In this document: in pieces, positions 33,092 through 36,027 of the stretch
Layout: the number at the start of each line of letters is the position of its first letter
Position numbering within the stretch: the stretch's first letter is position 1
Assembly: GCA_036558145.1 (NCBI GenBank)
Contig: DATBGF010000659.1
Location: forward strand, 1 to 36,027
Length of the DNA: 36,027 nucleotides
Direction: 5' to 3'
Source: Acidimicrobiales bacterium
Lineage (GTDB): Bacteria > Actinomycetota > Acidimicrobiia > Acidimicrobiales > VFJN01
Position numbers and translations under genes: made by a program
Notes under the pieces: model-generated
Database searches by the model: none
Seen by the model: only the letters and a program-made list of their open reading frames with translations
What the model was told of the DNA's origin: nothing

Positions 33092-35395
33092 TTAAAGGAG
33101 GGTAGCGCGATCCGAGGGGTCGTCCGCGTCCTCCGGGCCGATCAGGGCGTCCCAGATGGCGGACATGGCCGGATCGTCGTCGGGAGCGGTCAGCGAGGCG
33201 CTCTGGAGCTCGGACAGGCGCAGCCCGCGGCTCGACAGGTAGCCCCCGATGCCGAGGCGCAGGCGCCGCTCCAGCACCTGGGCGCCGGACCGATCGGTGT
33301 CCGGCAGGATGACCGCGAACCAGTGCTGGTCCTGGTCCGGGACGTGCACCAGGTGGTCGACCACGCCGCCGGCCACGAACTGGTAGCCGAGCTCGCGCAG
33401 CAGCGTGAGCTGGCGCCGGTAGGGCAGCATGGCCAGCGGGGCGTCCGGGACCTGCACCAGGACGAGCGAGAACGGGTGGCGCGAGCGCCGGGACCGGGCC
33501 CGCTCGGCCGACAGGCGGTCGCGCAGGAACCGCGCGGTCCAGAGGCCGGTCTCGGGATCGACGGCCGGGAGCGGCTCCGGCGGCGCCTCCTCGACGTGCG
33601 GCTCGGGCACGCCCGCCGCCCACGGCGGGGCGGGCGAGGAGGGCGGGCTCGGGGCGCCGGGCCAGCCACCACCGCCGGCCACGGGCGACCAGCCGTCGTC
33701 CGGGGCGGGCGCCGCGGACCAGGAGGGCTCGGCCGGAGCGGCCGGCGGCGGCCAGCCGGTCTCGGGAGGGGCCAGGGACGCCCACGTGTCGTCGGGCGAC
33801 ACGGCCGCCGTCGGCGGCCAGGAGTCGCGCGGGGACGCGGCCGCCGTCGGCGGCCAGGAGTCCCGCGGCGAGCCCTGCGGCTCGTGCGGCCAGCCGTCGG
33901 GCGACACCGGCGGGGCGGGCGGCCACGGGTCCTCGAGCGGCGAGCCCGGCGGCCGGTGCGGCCACTCGTCCTGCGGGCCCGCCAGCTGCTGCGGCCAGTC
34001 GTCGGCCGCGCCCTGGCTCGGCGGCCAGTCGTCGGCCGTGCCATGGCTCTGCGGCCAGTCGTCGGGGCCCCACTGGTGCTCGCCCGTGGCGGGGCCGCGG
34101 CCGGTCTCGGGATCCGTGAACACCGCGGCCCACGTCTCCCCGGTGGCCGGGCCGTGGTCGGACCGCCCGTTCTCGGGCGGGACCGCCGCGGGCCAGGCGT
34201 CGCCGGCGAGCTCGGCCCACGTGTCGGAGGCCGGGGCGCTGCTGCCGTTGCCCGGGGGCTGCCACGCGTCCGGGGCGGGCGGCGGGGCGCCCCAACCCGG
34301 GCCGCCGGGGACCGGAGCGGGACCGCCCCAGCCGGGGGCCGGAGCCGCCGGCTCGGCCGGGGACGCGGGGATCGACCAGCGCCCGGTGTCGTCGTCGGCC
34401 GGGCGGAAGGGCGCGGGCTGCCATCGCCCGATGTCCTCGTCCGCCGGGCGCGACGGCGCCGGCGGCCAGTGGCCGATGTCCTCGTCCGCCGGGCGCGACG
34501 GCGCCGGCGGCCAGTGGCCGGTGTCCTCGTCGGCGGGGCGCGACGGCGCCGGCGGCCAGTGATCGTCGCCGTTGGCCCGGGGTGCCGGGTCCGGGGGCCA
34601 GCGGTCCGGATCGTCTTCCGGGTCCTCCGGGGGTAGGCCGTGCTGGCGGCGCCAGGACTGCTGCACCGCCTCCCACGACTCGTCGCCCGCATCGTCCCCG
34701 GCCCACGAGTCGCGCGGGCCGTCGCCGGCCCAGGCACCGTTCCCGCCGGGTGCGCCGGTCCGGCGGGCGTCGTCGTCCCATCCCGGCGGCGGACCGGCCG
34801 GCGGCGGTGGCCAGGCCGAGTTGGACATCGTCATCGGAGCCGCGGGCTCCCCCGGCCAGTCCCCGTTGCTGCGGGCGCCGACCCCGGTGAGCACGGGGGC
34901 GCCCCGGTCGGGCCCGGATGCGTACGCGGGCTCGGTCCACTGCGGAGCCGGCTCCGACCAGGCTGCGGCGGCGGTCCGTGGGGACGGGCGGCCTCCGGCG
35001 CCGGCGCCGGCCGGGCCCCCCGTAGCGTCGGCGCTGCCGATGAGGCCACGGGCCCGGGCGCCGAGGTGGGCGGCCACCCCGTAGGCCACGCCCCGGGTCG
35101 CCGCCAGCATGACGGCGCTGGCCGTGTCCGCGGCCTGGAGGTCGGTCTTGCGCACCGCCACGTACACCGCGAGCGCCACCGCGGCGGCCACGAAGCCGGC
35201 GGTCCGCCCGGCGTAGAGGGCGACCACGAACACGGGCAGGAACAGGACCGTGGCCACGATCTCGCCGTCGGCGACGCCGGCCGCGGCCAGCACGCCCGCG
35301 ACCAAGAACACGACGACCGACGCCGCCGTCGTCACCGCCAGCCGAGCATTGGTTGCGCTCAGGCCGGTGAGCCGGTTGGTCATGGCCTGCCCCAT
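33092..35395 (-). CDS. Membrane protein: N-terminal 3-4 TM module, about 470-aa Trp/Pro/Asp-rich repeat region, C-terminal degenerate GGDEF-like domain
   Basis: 767-aa ORF. N-terminal TM helices: VVVFLVAGVLAAAGV, IVATVLFLPVFVVALYAG and FVAAAVALAVYVAV. The C-terminal [37 protein letters not shown] ... HWFAVILPDTDRSGAQVLERRL resembles the GGDEF fold but lacks the GGDEF/GGEEF signature. The two other long ORFs in this span translate to Arg/Gly/Pro junk. TAGGCT lies 7 nt upstream of ATG 35395. Confidence 0.8.
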   Translation of the reverse strand: MGQAMTNRLTGLSATNARLAVTTAASVVVFLVAGVLAAAGVADGEIVATVLFLPVFVVALYAGRTAGFVAAAVALAVYVAVRKTDLQAADTASAVMLAATRGVAYGVAAHLGARARGLIGSADATGGPAGAGAGGRPSPRTAAAAWSEPAPQWTEPAYASGPDRGAPVLTGVGARSNGDWPGEPAAPMTMSNSAWPPPPAGPPPGWDDDARRTGAPGGNGAWAGDGPRDSWAGDDAGDESWEAVQQSWRRQHGLPPEDPEDDPDRWPPDPAPRANGDDHWPPAPSRPADEDTGHWPPAPSRPADEDIGHWPPAPSRPADEDIGRWQPAPFRPADDDTGRWSIPASPAEPAAPAPGWGGPAPVPGGPGWGAPPPAPDAWQPPGNGSSAPASDTWAELAGDAWPAAVPPENGRSDHGPATGETWAAVFTDPETGRGPATGEHQWGPDDWPQSHGTADDWPPSQGAADDWPQQLAGPQDEWPHRPPGSPLEDPWPPAPPVSPDGWPHEPQGSPRDSWPPTAAASPRDSWPPTAAVSPDDTWASLAPPETGWPPPAAPAEPSWSAAPAPDDGWSPVAGGGGWPGAPSPPSSPAPPWAAGVPEPHVEEAPPEPLPAVDPETGLWTARFLRDRLSAERARSRRSRHPFSLVLVQVPDAPLAMLPYRRQLTLLRELGYQFVAGGVVDHLVHVPDQDQHWFAVILPDTDRSGAQVLERRLRLGIGGYLSSRGLRLSELQSASLTAPDDDPAMSAIWDALIGPEDADDPSDRATLL
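33802..33873 (-). repeat. 2 x 36-bp tandem repeat (32/36 identical) encoding SPRDSWPPTAA(A/V)
   Basis: The units at 33802-33837 and 33838-33873 were aligned by hand. The first 25 nt are identical. Confidence 0.9.
33992..34081 (-). repeat. 3 x 30-bp tandem repeat encoding DDWP-containing decapeptides
   Basis: Units at 33992-34021, 34022-34051 and 34052-34081. Units 1 and 2 are 27/30 identical. Unit 3 shares the first 14 nt (cggccagtcgtcgg). Confidence 0.85.
34376..34555 (-). repeat. 4 x 45-bp tandem repeat encoding 15-aa units (H/R)W(P/Q)PAP(S/F)RPAD(E/D)D(T/I)G
   Basis: Units at 34376-34420 (diverged), 34421-34465, 34466-34510 and 34511-34555. Adjacent pairs of the last three units are 42/45 identical by hand alignment. 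Confidence 0.95.
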
Positions 35396-35402
35396 CGCCG
35401 CA

Positions 35403-35408
35403 AGCCTA
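35403..35408 (-). promoter_or_regulatory. -10-like hexamer TAGGCT (minus strand), 7 nt upstream of ATG 35395
   Basis: TANNNT match. It is the same hexamer and spacing as upstream of the LuxR-family gene. Confidence 0.4.
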
Positions 35409-35467
35409 TGTCCAGGGTGGGGTTACGTGTACTACGCGCTACGGCTCGGCGGCCGGGCATCACGCAG

Positions 35468-35489
35468 CGCGCGTGGCCGGCCACACGCG
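35468..35489 (-). terminator. Hairpin centred on the 12-bp palindrome gtggccggccac (35473-35484), 11-32 nt downstream of the bpa stop
   Basis: The stem extends to about 11 bp with one mismatch. No U-tract follows. Confidence 0.4.
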
Positions 35490-35499
35490 ACCGAGTGCG

Positions 35500-36018
35500 T
35501 CAGAGGTAGGTCCCGGGCCGGGCTTCCCGCTCGCTCGGCTGCGGAGGCGCCCCCGGGGGGAGCCGGCGCCGCATCTCGTCGAGCTGCTGGCGGGCGGCCA
35601 TCTGCTGGGCGAACAGCGTGGCCTGGATGCCGTGGAACAGGCCCTCCAACCAGCCCACGAGCTGGGCCTTCGCCACCCGCAGCTCGGCCTCGCTGGGCGC
35701 GGCCTCGCCCGCGAACGGGTGCGCCAGGCGGCCGAGCTCCTCCCGCAGGTCGGGCGACAGGGCGGTGGAGAGCTCGGCCACCGAGGTCTCGTAGATCTCC
35801 CGCAGGCGGTCGCGGCTCGGCTCGTCCAGGTCGGACTGGCGCACCTCCTCGAGGAGGAGCTTGATCATCGAGCCGATCCGCATCACCTTGGCCGGCTGCT
35901 CGACCGCTTCGCCCTGGTCGTCCCCGTCGGTGGCGGTCACCACCTCGGGGTGTTCGACGGGAGGCATCGCGAGCGGCTCGCGGGAGGGGGGCGACTGCGG
36001 CTCGTCAGACATCGACAT
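35500..36018 (-). CDS. bpa: Bacterial proteasome activator (Bpa/PafE family, DUF2587)
   Basis: VEQPAKVMRIGSMIKLLLEEVR and AQLVGWLEGLFHGIQATLFAQQMAARQQL match the conserved core I recall from mycobacterial Bpa (Rv3780). The C-terminus ends in GTYL, against GQYL in the mycobacterial protein. Start at ATG 36018 or 36012; the upstream region is outside the window. Confidence 0.9.
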   Translation of the reverse strand: MSMSDEPQSPPSREPLAMPPVEHPEVVTATDGDDQGEAVEQPAKVMRIGSMIKLLLEEVRQSDLDEPSRDRLREIYETSVAELSTALSPDLREELGRLAHPFAGEAAPSEAELRVAKAQLVGWLEGLFHGIQATLFAQQMAARQQLDEMRRRLPPGAPPQPSEREARPGTYL

Positions 36019-36027
36019 AGGTGGCCA

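Noticed and set aside
33094-33102. Plus-strand SD-like aaaggaggg
   Set aside because: No start codon follows on the plus strand (an in-frame tag comes next). The sequence is simply the complement of the last codons (..TLL*) of the minus-strand repeat gene.
33802-34555. Tandem repeats considered as a possible CRISPR array or satellite
   Set aside because: The units are directly adjacent with no spacers. Their lengths (30, 36 and 45 bp) are multiples of three, they are in frame inside a CDS, and no cas genes are present.
33078-34940. Alternative minus-strand frames (620 aa at 33078..34940; 515 aa at 33190..34737) and plus-strand ORFs across the repeat gene
   Set aside because: They are extremely Arg/Gly/Pro-rich and lack both a TM segment and a folded domain. 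The 33092..35395 frame links a TM module and a GGDEF-like domain in one continuous ORF.
1-36027. Search by eye for tRNA/rRNA genes, riboswitch-length leaders, transposase/integrase genes, flanking direct repeats, toxin-antitoxin pairs or defence-system signatures
   Set aside because: None was found. All intergenic gaps except 9691-9891 are about 145 bp or shorter, and every sizeable ORF has a housekeeping or ordinary accessory assignment. Detection by eye is insensitive, so tRNAscan/Infernal/defence-finder runs would be needed to be sure.

Overview
A 36 kb, very high-GC chromosomal segment from an actinobacterium, inferred from mycothiol synthase, the proteasome activator Bpa, the classical menaquinone pathway and many apparently leaderless genes. 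It is densely packed with about 33 protein-coding genes, mostly housekeeping. In window order they are: a histidine phosphatase fragment; a BNR/Asp-box propeller; an ECF sigma factor with a coupled membrane protein; a LuxR-TPR regulator; an acyl-CoA-dehydrogenase-fold oxidoreductase with a SnoaL-like partner; hisD-hisC-hisB; nth; a CapA-like protein coupled to a short mshD; a VIT1/CCC1 transporter; rlmN; a nucleotidyltransferase; a MaoC dehydratase; an M50 protease; the menaquinone cluster menG-menF, menD, menH and menA, interrupted by a Tat-lipoprotein class-V PLP enzyme; an SDR; a DUF255 thioredoxin-fold protein; a three-gene redox operon that includes a 223-aa unknown; dnaE; a repeat-rich membrane protein; and bpa. 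I saw no rRNA, tRNA, CRISPR array, transposase or integrase. I do not see a convincing novel multi-gene system. The most unusual single locus is 33092-35395 (-): a membrane-anchored protein with a roughly 470-aa Trp/Pro/Asp-rich low-complexity region built partly from near-identical 45-, 36- and 30-bp tandem repeats, ending in a degenerate GGDEF-like domain. A second window-wide signal is a -10-like hexamer (A at position 2, T at position 6) 6-8 nt upstream of about 15 start codons. This includes divergent gene pairs whose start codons overlap or sit 22-47 bp apart, which implies widespread leaderless transcription. All calls come from reading the sequence and recalling family motifs; no searches were run.
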